This document shows positions 9,247 through 19,040 of a stretch of 64,000 bases of DNA, in pieces. Both the position numbers and the translations under genes were made by a program. Origin of the DNA: an uncultured Enterobacteriaceae bacterium (GTDB lineage Bacteria; Myxococcota_A; UBA9042); NCBI GenBank assembly GCA_964447285.1, contig CAYURO010000018.1:20522-84521 (forward strand), in the 5' to 3' direction. The notes under the pieces are model-generated. The model was given only the letters and a program-made list of their open reading frames with translations, ran no database searches and was not told the origin of the DNA. Position 1 is the stretch's first letter; each line of letters opens with the position of its first letter.

Positions 9247-9870
9247 GTGGTTGCCCCGGCTTCAGGTTCCCCAGCGACGCCCCCGGCCGACCGCCCACGC
9301 GTCGGCCGCTGGTCCGCGTTCGTCCTGAACCGGGCGTTGCACCGCGACGTTGGCTACTTCGTCAGCGCATTGGCCATCGTCTACGCCGTCAGCGGTCTGG
9401 CGGTGAACCACACGGCCGACTGGAACCCCAGCCTCGACAAGACCACCACGCAGCTGGAGTTGGGACCCCTGCCGACCGATCTGGACGCGGCGGAAAAGGC
9501 CGTGGTCCAGCGTGCCGGCATCGACCCCTCGCGCGTTCGGGGACGCCATCGCCCGGGACCCGACGTGTTTCGCGTGTTTCTGGATGAGGGCAGTGAGGCC
9601 AAGGTCACCCTGTCGACCGGCAAGGGCACGCTGGTCGATGTGCAGCGGCGCAACGGCCTGTTTGAGGCCAACGCGCTGCACCTCAATCATCTCAAGGGTG
9701 TATGGACCTGGGTCGCCGACGTGTTTGCGGTCGCGCTGCTGTTTCTGGCCATCGGCGGCCTGTTCATGCTCAAGGGGCGCAAGGGGCTGATGGGACGGGG
9801 GAAGTGGTTCTTCTCGGCCGGCCTGCTGGTGCCCGTAGCGGCAACCGTCTGGTATCACCTGACGCGCTGA
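9247..9870 (+). CDS. PepSY-associated transmembrane helix protein
   Basis: GTG start abutting the previous stop. N-terminal and C-terminal transmembrane helices (YFVSALAIVYAVSGLAVNH; VFAVALLFLAIGGLFML) flank a periplasmic domain, the usual architecture for this family. Confidence 0.6.
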   Translation: MVAPASGSPATPPADRPRVGRWSAFVLNRALHRDVGYFVSALAIVYAVSGLAVNHTADWNPSLDKTTTQLELGPLPTDLDAAEKAVVQRAGIDPSRVRGRHRPGPDVFRVFLDEGSEAKVTLSTGKGTLVDVQRRNGLFEANALHLNHLKGVWTWVADVFAVALLFLAIGGLFMLKGRKGLMGRGKWFFSAGLLVPVAATVWYHLTR

Positions 9871-9885
9871 ATTCCCCAGTCGACC

Positions 9886-10710
9886 TCAGTCGTTCAGCCC
9901 GTCGCCGAACACCCGGCAGGGGATCCCCAGCTCGCTGCGGACCCTGTGCGCAATCGCCTCAGCCACGATGCCCGGCACCTTGTGCAGCTTCTTCTCGATC
10001 GGCGGGCGGTCCAGGGCGTAGAGGTCGACCCGGCGTGGGTGGGCCAGACGCACCAGCTCGAGCCACGCATCTACCTCTGCCGCAACGGTATTGTCGACGC
10101 TGCCTTGGACCAGCAGGGTCTGGACAATCGCGTTGGGCAGCTCACCCGCCGCTACGGCAATGTCGCGAAGCAAGATCGGCTGGAACGGCATGTTCAGGCG
10201 CTCGAACAGCTGCTGACTGCCGCCATCGATCTTGACCGCCACCTCGTCCAACCTTGCGACTGCTCTGCGGATACGCGGATGGACCAGCTCGGTGCCGGCC
10301 GTCAGCAGGATCGTGGGAACGTGGGGGGCCAGCTCGTCGCGCAGGCGCAGTAGCACCTCGATCGCTTCCGCCACCTGCGGGTGCAGCGTAGCGTCGCCGT
10401 TGCCGCTCAGGACCAGGCCGTGCAGGGGGTATCCGCGGAAGTCGCCGTGATCACGAAGGAGTTCCAGTGCGCCGCGCAGCTCGCTGGCGAACCGCTCGAC
10501 ACTCGGGAACGGCACGGTGTCCCTGCCCTCGGGCCCCAGCTGGCAGTAGGTGCACCGCAGGCTGCAGCGCTTGTGGTCAAGCGGCAACAGGTTGATCCCC
10601 AAGGTGTTTCCATAGCGTCGGGATGGCACCGGGCCGTAGATCGTGTCCACCGCCAGTGCCGCGTGCACGCTGGGGTCGGGGCCTGCCGTCTGGGCTGTTT
10701 CGCTGACCAT
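9886..10710 (-). CDS. Radical SAM protein, COG0731-type
   Basis: N-terminal YGPVPSRRYGNTLGINLLP followed by the CxxxCxxC cluster CSLRCTYCQ. 274 aa. Confidence 0.75.
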   Translation of the reverse strand: MVSETAQTAGPDPSVHAALAVDTIYGPVPSRRYGNTLGINLLPLDHKRCSLRCTYCQLGPEGRDTVPFPSVERFASELRGALELLRDHGDFRGYPLHGLVLSGNGDATLHPQVAEAIEVLLRLRDELAPHVPTILLTAGTELVHPRIRRAVARLDEVAVKIDGGSQQLFERLNMPFQPILLRDIAVAAGELPNAIVQTLLVQGSVDNTVAAEVDAWLELVRLAHPRRVDLYALDRPPIEKKLHKVPGIVAEAIAHRVRSELGIPCRVFGDGLND

Positions 10711-10818
10711 GGTCGTCCTCGCAGTCCTGTTTCCGCTTCTCGTCGGGACCGACTAGCATACGCTCTGGTCGCCGCCTTGGCACGAGTGGTGCCTGACCGC
10801 GCGGAGCCCGGGAGTCTC

Positions 10819-12351
10819 ATGCTGCAAGTCTCGCTGCGTCGCCCTCTGCTGATCCTGGCCGGTTGCCTGCTGCCCATCCTGCTCACGGGCTGTCCAACGC
10901 CGTTTACGGCCACGGATCAGGCCGAGGACACCTTGGATGCCGCCACCGACCAGAGCGATACCGCCGCTGACCCGGACGACGGTCGCTCACGCCCGCTTCC
11001 CGACACCACCGCGGAGACCGTCATGCCCGCCGGCTGCGACCCCGCGTGCCCGATGTGGCAGGCGTGCGTGAATGAGTCGTGCGAATCCGCGACGTGCCAG
11101 ACCGACGCGCAGTGCAACCCCGTCCCCGCGGTCGACCCGCCGCACTACTGCTACCGCGGCCAGTGCCAGCTGTTTCAGTGCTCGGACAAGAGCGACTGCA
11201 AGGCCGGCGACGACTGCAACAAACTGACCTACTTGTGCTATTCCCCCGGAACCGGCTGCCAGACCAACCCCAAGGCGTGCGAGGACGGCGACCCCTGCAC
11301 CCTGAACACCTGCAACTACGCAAGCGGCGTGTGCGAGGTGACGAACGTCAGCAACTGCTGCGCCACCGTTGCCCAATGCGACGACAAGGTGGCGTGCACC
11401 GTCGACAGCTGCGTGGGCCAGAAGTGCGTGAACGAGCCGGTGGGCGACTGCTGCTCCAGCGACCTCGAGTGCGGCGACGGCAAGCCCTGCACCACTGACA
11501 AGTGCAGCAACGGCCAGTGCGTGTTCACTCCGGTGGCGAACTGCTGCTCCAACGACGGCAACTGCATGGACAGCCTCGACATCACCGTCGACACCTGCGT
11601 GGTGCAGAAGTGCGTGCACGCATGGCCAGGCATGACGACGACTTGCACGGGCGAGGGGCAGTGCCAGCAGACGGCGTGCGTCGCCAGTACCTGCGTCTCG
11701 GGCAAGTGCAGCTACAGCCCGATTCCGACGGCGACCGGGTGCTGCGAGGCCGACGACCAGTGCCTGACCGACGTCAAGTGCTTCGTTCCCGCCTGCCAGG
11801 GCGGCGTGTGCGGTCAGACGGCGGCGCAGGGCATCGGCGCCCACGTGCGGTATCGCTTCGACACGGCGGCGTTGAACGGCTGGACGGTCGAGAAGTCCAG
11901 TCAGAGCGTGTACTTCCACTTCAGCACGCTAGGGTCGGTCGCCGGCGCGGGCTCCCTGCGCTATGGCAAGCCGGGGGTGATGTCGTTCGAGGACTCGACG
12001 GCGAACAAAGGCTCGGCCACCAGCCCGGTGCTGACGGTGCCGACCAGCGCCCCCAGCATCGCGTTCTGGGTCGCGCTGGACGCGGAGCCGGGAACGGCCG
12101 TGCATCAGGTAGGCCTTGACGTGATCGACGTCGCCACGGGCGCGGTAAAGGTCGGTTTGTGGAACAAGAACGATAACTTGAAGGGAACCACCATGGGCGC
12201 ATGGAAGGACCAGTTGGTCTCGCTGTCGCCGTGGGCCGGCAAGCAGGTCAAGCTGCGTTTCTGGTTCGATCAGGTGAAGTACGACACGTCGAACAAAAGC
12301 AAGCTGGGCTTCGTGATCGACGAGATCGAGATACAGGGCTCTTGTCCGTAA
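10819..12351 (+). CDS. Secreted lipoprotein with myxobacterial-type cysteine-rich repeats and a C-terminal beta-rich domain
   Basis: Signal peptide and lipobox LLTGC. More than eight repeats of C-x(2,3)-D-x-x-C / CxDGxPCTxDxC. C-terminal segment GIGAHVRYRFDTAALNGWTVEK... has no Cys. Confidence 0.6.
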   Translation: MLQVSLRRPLLILAGCLLPILLTGCPTPFTATDQAEDTLDAATDQSDTAADPDDGRSRPLPDTTAETVMPAGCDPACPMWQACVNESCESATCQTDAQCNPVPAVDPPHYCYRGQCQLFQCSDKSDCKAGDDCNKLTYLCYSPGTGCQTNPKACEDGDPCTLNTCNYASGVCEVTNVSNCCATVAQCDDKVACTVDSCVGQKCVNEPVGDCCSSDLECGDGKPCTTDKCSNGQCVFTPVANCCSNDGNCMDSLDITVDTCVVQKCVHAWPGMTTTCTGEGQCQQTACVASTCVSGKCSYSPIPTATGCCEADDQCLTDVKCFVPACQGGVCGQTAAQGIGAHVRYRFDTAALNGWTVEKSSQSVYFHFSTLGSVAGAGSLRYGKPGVMSFEDSTANKGSATSPVLTVPTSAPSIAFWVALDAEPGTAVHQVGLDVIDVATGAVKVGLWNKNDNLKGTTMGAWKDQLVSLSPWAGKQVKLRFWFDQVKYDTSNKSKLGFVIDEIEIQGSCP

Positions 12352-12394
12352 CGAGTGGTCTGCACGACCTGCCGTGGATCGCCGACGGCCGCCG

Positions 12395-12904
12395 TCAATC
12401 CAGCGAGAGTGCGTTCTGATCCTGATCCGCTGCGTCGTCCAGAGCGGCCGTGACGACCAAGTCGTGCTGTATCGGGAAGTTCACGGAGCGGCCGATGAAC
12501 GAGATCTGCCGCGACCGCTCGTGCAGCGCGTGGGCCAGGGCGATGTGGGTGGGATCATCCACAACGACGCGAGGTTGCAGCCGAATCTCGGTGAACTGCA
12601 GCACGCCGTTGACGGGCTCCAGCCGTCCCACCGGGTGGTCTTCGTAGGCGATAACAGTCACCCGTTCCCGCGCACACAGCGCCAGAAAGCTGAGCAGGCG
12701 GCAGCTGGCCACGGCCACGAGCAGCAGCTCCTCAGGGTTGTGCAGCGCCGGGTCACCGCGGAAGTGCGGGTCGGCGGACCCGACGATGGCGGGCTTTCCA
12801 TCGAATGTGCAAGTGAATTCGCGGGAGTAGCCGGGGGCGTTGGTCGGGCCGGTCGCGCTTCCGGTCCACGTGACCTGAGCCTGACAGTGCAGTTCGGCGG
12901 TCAT
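12395..12904 (-). CDS. OsmC/Ohr family peroxiredoxin-like protein
   Basis: 169 aa. Conserved EELLLVAVASCRLLSFLALC region and second Cys context typical of the OsmC family. Confidence 0.75.
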   Translation of the reverse strand: MTAELHCQAQVTWTGSATGPTNAPGYSREFTCTFDGKPAIVGSADPHFRGDPALHNPEELLLVAVASCRLLSFLALCARERVTVIAYEDHPVGRLEPVNGVLQFTEIRLQPRVVVDDPTHIALAHALHERSRQISFIGRSVNFPIQHDLVVTAALDDAADQDQNALSLD

Positions 12905-13139
12905 GCGACACCTCCAAGGTCAATGGAGGATGGTCGACCGCGGCGGACGGCGCAACTGATGAAACACGCTACATGTGGAAAATGTCTACATACACCCGCG
13001 GTTGCGTCAACGTGCAAGTGCGCCGTTCTCTCTGTAGTCCCATGGTGTTGTGTAGCAAGAGCGCAGGTGGCACAGACGCTGCAACTGGTTGGGCCGGCAG
13101 CCACGCGCTCGCACTCTTCCCACCCTCCGGAGGTCCCCC

Positions 13140-14912
13140 ATGTCACCCACCCGCCGCCGCATCCGCGCCTTGACCCTGGCCGTTTGCGTGCTGTTCCTGC
13201 CCGCCGCCTTTGCGGGGTGCGGCAGCGACGCCTCGATGACCGGTGCCGACGAGAGCCTGGAGACGCCCAATCAGATGGGCGACGTCAAGTCCGACACCAG
13301 TACCAGCTACCACAGCGACGTCGTGGCAAGCGACAGCTCTGGCTGGACGCCGATGGACGGGACCAGCTCAGACGCCACCGGTGGAACCCCGTACCCGGGC
13401 ACCGACGGCGACATGGGCATCGGCTTGAAGCCGGGCGGCGCGCAAGACATCAACTACTTCAGGATGTTGCTGGGGCAGGGCAAGCTCCCCAAGGCAGCGG
13501 ACATGACGATGGAAGGCTGGCTGAACGAGCACGACACGCTGCTGCCCAAGGCCAACCCGGAGCGCTCGATCGACCTGCACGCGATGGCGGCGATTCTTCA
13601 GGGCACGGCCAACATCGCGCCCGAAGTCGTGCTGCAGCTGGGCTTCAACAGCGGCATGTCGTTGGAGCAGGTCAAGGCCAAGGTCGCGCTGACGCTGGTG
13701 ATCGACCGTTCGGGGTCGATGTGGGGTGACAAGCTGGAGTACGTCAAGGCGGGGATGCGGGCGCTGATCGAGGTGCTGCCGGTGGGAACGCGGCTGGCGA
13801 TCGTGTCGTTCTCCAGTGACGTGAAGACCGATTGGCCAGCCAAGGACTTCACGGTTGGTGACAAGCCCGCGCTGCTGAACGTGATCGATCAGCTGACCTC
13901 AGACGGCGGCACCAACATCCACGGCGCGCTGCAGGCAGGCATCTTCGTCTGCAAGTCCGCAGGCCCTGAGTACACCTTTCGCCGCGTCCTGCTGCTGAGC
14001 GATGGCCAGGCCACCGAGGGCAACACCGATCCCAGCGCAATCCTGGCGGTGGCCAAGGGCGGCAAGCAGAGCGGCTGCAGCATCTCGACCGCGGGCGTGG
14101 GCTACGACTTCGACCTGCCGCTGATGACGCAGATTGCCCAGCAGGCTGACGGGACCGCCTGGTTCCTGCCGAATGCGGAGAAGGCCAAGGAGGTCTTCAT
14201 CGAGGATCTCGAGACGATGCTGCTGCCGGTCGGCCAGAACCTGTGGGTGCAGTTCAAGCTGGCGGAGGGCTGGCACGTCGACCAGATCTACGGCTTTGAG
14301 TGGGTGGAAAAGGACGGCGTCGTCAAGCTGTTGGGACCCAAGAAGGACGAGCCCAGCGACCCCGAGCAGGGCACGGATCAGGCCGACACGGTCGATACGC
14401 CCGACACCACGGACGAGTCGCCGCCCGTCGCGCTGCCGACCCTGTTCGCCTCAAAGAAGAACGGTCTGGTCATGGCGCGGCTGGTTCCCCCGGAGGGGTC
14501 GGATCTGTCCAAGATTCAAGACCTTCTGCTGGCAGACATCACCTACGGCTACACGTTGTCCAAGACCAACGAGACGCAGCAGTTCACGGTGCCCGTCACC
14601 GTTCCCGGCGTGGTGCAGATCCCCGATGGCGGCATCGGCTATTTCGCCAGCCCCATCGTGCGCCGCGCATTTACGCTGCTGCAGGTTGGTCGGGCGCTGA
14701 TGCGGTCATGCACGCGGTTTGAAGCCGGGCAGGTCGTGGAAGCCCTGGCGGTGCTGGACGAGGCCAAGACGCTGGTCGCGCAGCAGAAGGCTGAGTTCTC
14801 CGCCGAAGAGCTGGCGAAGGTCGACATGGCGCCAGGTCTGGACGACGCGGCGGAGCTTGCGGCTTTGTTGAAGACGGTGATGGCGCAGGGTCAGGCGCAG
14901 CAAACGCCCTGA
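13140..14912 (+). CDS. von Willebrand factor type A (vWA) domain lipoprotein
   Basis: GGAGG Shine-Dalgarno. Lipobox FAGC. vWA MIDAS motif DRSGSMWGDK with downstream threonine (LTSDGGTNI). Acidic/Thr-rich linker. Confidence 0.75.
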   Translation: MSPTRRRIRALTLAVCVLFLPAAFAGCGSDASMTGADESLETPNQMGDVKSDTSTSYHSDVVASDSSGWTPMDGTSSDATGGTPYPGTDGDMGIGLKPGGAQDINYFRMLLGQGKLPKAADMTMEGWLNEHDTLLPKANPERSIDLHAMAAILQGTANIAPEVVLQLGFNSGMSLEQVKAKVALTLVIDRSGSMWGDKLEYVKAGMRALIEVLPVGTRLAIVSFSSDVKTDWPAKDFTVGDKPALLNVIDQLTSDGGTNIHGALQAGIFVCKSAGPEYTFRRVLLLSDGQATEGNTDPSAILAVAKGGKQSGCSISTAGVGYDFDLPLMTQIAQQADGTAWFLPNAEKAKEVFIEDLETMLLPVGQNLWVQFKLAEGWHVDQIYGFEWVEKDGVVKLLGPKKDEPSDPEQGTDQADTVDTPDTTDESPPVALPTLFASKKNGLVMARLVPPEGSDLSKIQDLLLADITYGYTLSKTNETQQFTVPVTVPGVVQIPDGGIGYFASPIVRRAFTLLQVGRALMRSCTRFEAGQVVEALAVLDEAKTLVAQQKAEFSAEELAKVDMAPGLDDAAELAALLKTVMAQGQAQQTP

Positions 14913-14922
14913 CCCAAGGGCG

Positions 14923-16197
14923 CTACTTCGCGGCAGGGGGCGGAACCGGTGCGGCGGCAGGCGTCGGGACCGCGGCGGCCTTCGGAGCCGGAATGGCAGC
15001 GGGAGCGACACCGGGAGCCGGAGCTACGCCGGGAGCGGCACCCTGCGGCATCCCCTGCGGCATCCCCTGCGGCATTCCACCCTGCGGCATCCCCTGCGGC
15101 ATTCCACCCTGCGGCATCCCCTGCGGCATCCCCTGCGGCATTCCACCCTGCGGCATACCCTGCGGCATACCCTGCGGCATACCCTGCGGCATACCCTGCG
15201 GCATACCCTGCGGCATCCCCTGCGGCATCCCCTGAGGCATCCCACCCTGCGGCATCCCCTGAGGCATCCCACCCTGCGGCATCCCCTGAGGCATTCCACC
15301 CCGTGGCATCATTCCGGGAGGCATCATGCCGGCGGGCATGTCGGTGCCGGTCGGACGGCCGGGCAGGCCGCGGGGCATCATGCCGGGAGGCATGTCACCG
15401 GGGGGCATCATGCCGGGAGGCATCCCGTTGCCACCCTGGGGACCGAAGCGCTGGATGCGGCGGAAAATGGGGGTGAGCTCAGGTGCGGAGAAGTCGGTGA
15501 CCTCGTCGGGGCTGAACGACATGGGCACGCGCGCGGCACCGTCGAGCAGGAAGACCTCGACTGTGCAGGTCGGCGCCCCGGCGGCGAGAGCGAACAACAG
15601 GCCCTGCGGCCCTTGGTCGGCCCCGCGGCGCGGTGCAGGGGCGAACTTCAAGCCGGCCCCCTCAGCCGCGGCCACCAGACGGGACTTGCCCACGGCGCCC
15701 GAGACGTTGGGTCCGGCGACGAACGGCTGGCCGCCGAAGAGTTTGTTGGCCGCTTGCACACACTGGTCGGCGCGAGCACCGGCACCTTGGCGGAAGTGCA
15801 AGGTCGCCGTGACGCGGCCGTCCATCTCGAACAGGATCTGGACGCCCTGATCGTGCTCGAGGCGCACTTCCGAGTCGCCGTCGGGCGCCGGAATCACGAG
15901 ACGAACCGACCAGTCGCGCTCGCTGACGAACGGCACGCCGAACTTGCGGTCGCGCAGAATCTCGGCGCGGCCCTTGGGGTCGCTGCGGATCTTGGCCACC
16001 ACTTCCCATGCATCCGCGTAGCTGGCGGACTGCGTGGGGGCGACCTCAACGCGAACTTCCCTGCCGCCAAGCGGAGTTCCGTCGCGCTGGTACAACCACA
16101 GGTGAGTGGGGGCGACCCGCTCGACCATGCCGGCGATGACGAGAACGACCAAGACGGCGATGGCGCCGATTCCGATCCACAATCCCTTGCCTTGCAT
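14923..16197 (-). CDS. Membrane-anchored protein with a globular domain and a C-terminal Met/Pro/Gln/Gly tandem-repeat tail
   Basis: N-terminal transmembrane segment [20 protein letters not shown]. About 25 copies of GMPQG/MPQG. An Ala/Pro tail follows. Confidence 0.65.
   Translation of the reverse strand: MQGKGLWIGIGAIAVLVVLVIAGMVERVAPTHLWLYQRDGTPLGGREVRVEVAPTQSASYADAWEVVAKIRSDPKGRAEILRDRKFGVPFVSERDWSVRLVIPAPDGDSEVRLEHDQGVQILFEMDGRVTATLHFRQGAGARADQCVQAANKLFGGQPFVAGPNVSGAVGKSRLVAAAEGAGLKFAPAPRRGADQGPQGLLFALAAGAPTCTVEVFLLDGAARVPMSFSPDEVTDFSAPELTPIFRRIQRFGPQGGNGMPPGMMPPGDMPPGMMPRGLPGRPTGTDMPAGMMPPGMMPRGGMPQGMPQGGMPQGMPQGGMPQGMPQGMPQGMPQGMPQGMPQGMPQGMPQGGMPQGMPQGMPQGGMPQGMPQGGMPQGMPQGMPQGAAPGVAPAPGVAPAAIPAPKAAAVPTPAAAPVPPPAAK
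15000..15330. repeat. Tandem 12/15-nt DNA repeat (ccctgcggcat / ccaccctgcggcat) encoding (G)MPQG units
   Basis: Directly visible as ggcatcccctgcggcattccaccctgcggcat iterations. The repeat also creates spurious ORFs in several frames on both strands (14949..15476, 14993..15235, 15024..15299). Confidence 0.9.
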
Positions 16198-16302
16198 GAA
16201 TTCCTCCAGTTTGGACCCTCGTGAGGCGGGCGCATGGTAGGAGCGTGCAAGTCAAAGGGCAAGCCGCGCATTCCCGCAAGCTGTGGGACCTTGAAAGCCC
16301 CG

Positions 16303-17529
16303 TTACCCGACCGGTGGTGCGGCCTGCGCGAACCCCAGCACCGCGTCGGCAAGCTTTGCGTACTGCGGTAGGTGGTTGTAGCCCTGTGCAGAGACACGCA
16401 GCCAGCGGTGACCTCCCCACGTCATGACGGGCACCTCGATGCGGTGGACCTGCCACAGGTGCGCGGCCAGCGGGTCGGGGGGCAGCTCTGTCGCGTCGTC
16501 GGAGTCGTGCAGGTGGCCGGGCAGGGCGACCGTGGCCAGACTGCCGATCAGCTCGTCGGGGCAGGGCGGGGCGACCGCCCACGCCGAACACAGCAGATCC
16601 CGGGCCTGCAGGACCAGCGCACGGTTCGCGGCCAGCCACGCCGGCCAACCTCCGGGGCGCAGGCCGGCCAGAAACCGCAGGGCCACCGGGACGCACAGGG
16701 CAGCGGTCGGGTCGCCGGTGCCCGTCCAGTCGAATTCCATCCAGAAGCGGGGTCTTCCGCGTGTCGGTCCTTGGAAACCGTGACTGATCGACAGGGGATG
16801 CAGGTGAAGTTGGCGGTCGCGGCGGACGTGGAGGAAGGCCGCCCCCTTTGGGCCGCACGTCCACTTGTGGCAGTTGCCCGTGTAGTAGGCGGCGCCCAAG
16901 CGGTCGAGGTCGAGGACCACCATCCCGGGGCCGTGCGCCCCGTCGACCAGCACGTCGATTCCTTGCCCCTGCAGCGTGTCAATGATCGGCTGGATGGGCC
17001 ACACAAGGCCCGTGGGGCTTGTCACGTGGTCGATCAGGGCAAGGCGAGTCCGGGACGTCACCGCGGCGGTCACGGCATCGACCACCTGCCGGCCAGACGC
17101 AAGCGGAAACGGCACCTGCGCCACCACCACCCGCGCACCGGTCGTCTGGGCGACGTACTCGACGGCGTTGCGGCAGGCGTTGTAGCCGTGGTCCGTGACG
17201 AGGATCTCGTCGCCAGGAGCAAAAGCCATCGATCGCAGGACGGAATTCACGCCCGCCGTGGCGTTGGCGATCCATGCAAGGTCCTGCGGTTGGGCTCCAA
17301 GGAACGCGCCCAGCTCGGCCCTTGCAGCGTCCAGCAGCGGCTCGAGCTCGCGGTCCAGAAACTGAACCGGATTGCGCTCCATGCGCGCGCGCAGCTCTGT
17401 CTGGGCGTCCAGCACGATGTCGGGGCAGGCACCGAACGAGCCGTGGTTCAGAAAGGTGATGTTCTGCGCGACTTTCCAATGCGTGGCGAGGTCGTGGGCG
17501 GTGGGGGGCAAGGGTTGGGTCGGGCGCAT
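16303..17529 (-). CDS. Class-V aminotransferase (PLP-dependent; cysteine desulfurase / isopenicillin-N epimerase-like)
   Basis: PLP-lysine context GNCHKWTCGPKG. Fold-type I layout. Start set at the internal Met (MRPTQPLPP); the ORF extends to 17670. Confidence 0.75.
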   Translation of the reverse strand: MRPTQPLPPTAHDLATHWKVAQNITFLNHGSFGACPDIVLDAQTELRARMERNPVQFLDRELEPLLDAARAELGAFLGAQPQDLAWIANATAGVNSVLRSMAFAPGDEILVTDHGYNACRNAVEYVAQTTGARVVVAQVPFPLASGRQVVDAVTAAVTSRTRLALIDHVTSPTGLVWPIQPIIDTLQGQGIDVLVDGAHGPGMVVLDLDRLGAAYYTGNCHKWTCGPKGAAFLHVRRDRQLHLHPLSISHGFQGPTRGRPRFWMEFDWTGTGDPTAALCVPVALRFLAGLRPGGWPAWLAANRALVLQARDLLCSAWAVAPPCPDELIGSLATVALPGHLHDSDDATELPPDPLAAHLWQVHRIEVPVMTWGGHRWLRVSAQGYNHLPQYAKLADAVLGFAQAAPPVG

Positions 17530-17789
17530 GTGGGGCTCTGGGTTTGGGTCCGGGCGGGAAGCGTAGTGTCCTGCACCGCCGAAGTCGATTCGCCTGCCCG
17601 TGGCCGTGGCATCGTTCAACCTGTTCATCTCCGACGACAGACAACGCTGCGGGGTTGCATTTCGGCCCATTTCGGTTCAATTTGGGCCTCCTGATTTTGT
17701 AGAGCGTCCCGTCGGGAAACCATTCGTGAACAGCGTGTCTCTCGCAACCGTCCCTCGCGAACGCCACGCCAGGCTCGCCCTCCGCAAGC

Positions 17790-18995
17790 GTGAGGTTCTG
17801 TGTGATTCCTGATCTCTTGAGCAAGTACCCTGTGGGCGAGTTGTTGACGCGGCGTTTGCTGCTGGTCGACGACGAACTGCCCAACTTGGCCGTGCTGCAA
17901 GCGTTTCTGGAGACCGATTACGAGGTCTTGACGGCTCGGTCTGGTGCCGAAGCGCTGGCGTTGCTGGCCAAAGAGACGGTCGACGTCATCATCGCCGACC
18001 AGCGAATGCCCGAGATGACGGGCGTCGAGCTGTTGGAGCGGGCCCGAGAGACTCGCCCCGACGTTGCGACCATCGTGCTGACCGGTTACAGCGACACGCC
18101 GGCCCTGATCTCGGCCATCAACCGCGCCCGCGTGTTTCGTTACCTGAAGAAACCCTGGAACGCCGACGAGGTGCTGGACGCCGTGTCCCGCGCCAGTGAG
18201 GCCGTGGCGCAGCAGCGCGCGATCCTGCGGTTGGTCGAGTTGTTGTCGGCGCGCACCGACGAGCTGGACGCGGCCTTGGCAGAGCTGCAGGAAGCCCAGA
18301 AGAACATGCTGCATCTCGACCGTCTGGCCACGACTGGGCGTCTGGCGGCCGGCATCACCCATGACCTGCGCAACGCAATGAACGGGTTGCTGCACCTGGA
18401 GCGCGAGATCAACGCCCGTGACGCCGACCCCGAGCTTGTCGAGTCGGTGACCGTGGGCGTCGCGGGTGTCCGCAACCTGATGAATGCCTTGGAGACGATC
18501 AACCAGTTCGTCCGTCAGCGCCGGATGTCCATGGCGATGGAGTACTTTGACCCGGCCCAGGTGGTGAAGGATGCCGTAACGGTCATGCGGCTGGACCTTA
18601 ACTTTCGGGTGCGGCGGGTTGAGGTCGATGCGCCCGCGGGTGACCTGCCCCCGGTATTTGGCGACCGGCAGAAGCTCGTTCAAGTGCTGGTGAATCTGCT
18701 GCGCAATGCCGTTCAAGCGACCGAGTCGCAGCAGGCCATCGCGATTCGCGTCAGTCAGAGCGGTCCCAACATCGTCTACCAGGTCGAGGACGAGGGCGCC
18801 GGTTTTCCTGAGCACCTGCGTGAGCACCTGTTCCAGCCGTTTGTGTCGTCCAAGGGCGACCAGGGCATGGGGCTCGGGCTGTACATGTCGCACCTCATCG
18901 TCACGAGCCACAACGGCCGTATCGCCTGCCATGACCGGCCGGGCGGTGGCACCACCTTCGAGATCCACCTGCCGATTGCCGAAATGCCGGCATAG
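17790..18995 (+). CDS. Hybrid response regulator plus histidine kinase (REC - HisKA - HATPase)
   Basis: GTG start. REC domain LLLVDDE...IADQRMPEMTGVEL...KKPW. H-box ITHDLRNAMNGL. N and G boxes LLRNAVQAT, DEGAGFP and GMGLGLY. Confidence 0.8.
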   Translation: MRFCVIPDLLSKYPVGELLTRRLLLVDDELPNLAVLQAFLETDYEVLTARSGAEALALLAKETVDVIIADQRMPEMTGVELLERARETRPDVATIVLTGYSDTPALISAINRARVFRYLKKPWNADEVLDAVSRASEAVAQQRAILRLVELLSARTDELDAALAELQEAQKNMLHLDRLATTGRLAAGITHDLRNAMNGLLHLEREINARDADPELVESVTVGVAGVRNLMNALETINQFVRQRRMSMAMEYFDPAQVVKDAVTVMRLDLNFRVRRVEVDAPAGDLPPVFGDRQKLVQVLVNLLRNAVQATESQQAIAIRVSQSGPNIVYQVEDEGAGFPEHLREHLFQPFVSSKGDQGMGLGLYMSHLIVTSHNGRIACHDRPGGGTTFEIHLPIAEMPA

Positions 18996-19040
18996 GCGCA
19001 GCGGGCCTCGCGTCGCGAGGCCTTCTGGAGACTCCTTGCC

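Noticed and set aside
12374-13729. 451-aa plus-strand ORF
   Set aside because: It overlaps the OsmC gene antisense, and overlaps the vWA lipoprotein in another frame. The vWA frame has a signal peptide, lipobox and MIDAS motif; this frame has none.
14949-15476. ORFs in several other frames across the MPQG repeat (14949..15476 +, 14993..15235 +, 15024..15299 -), encoding PAAS/CGIP/CRRV repeats
   Set aside because: They are by-products of the tandem DNA repeat staying open in every frame. Only the minus-strand 14923..16197 frame has a start context, a transmembrane segment and a non-repetitive domain.
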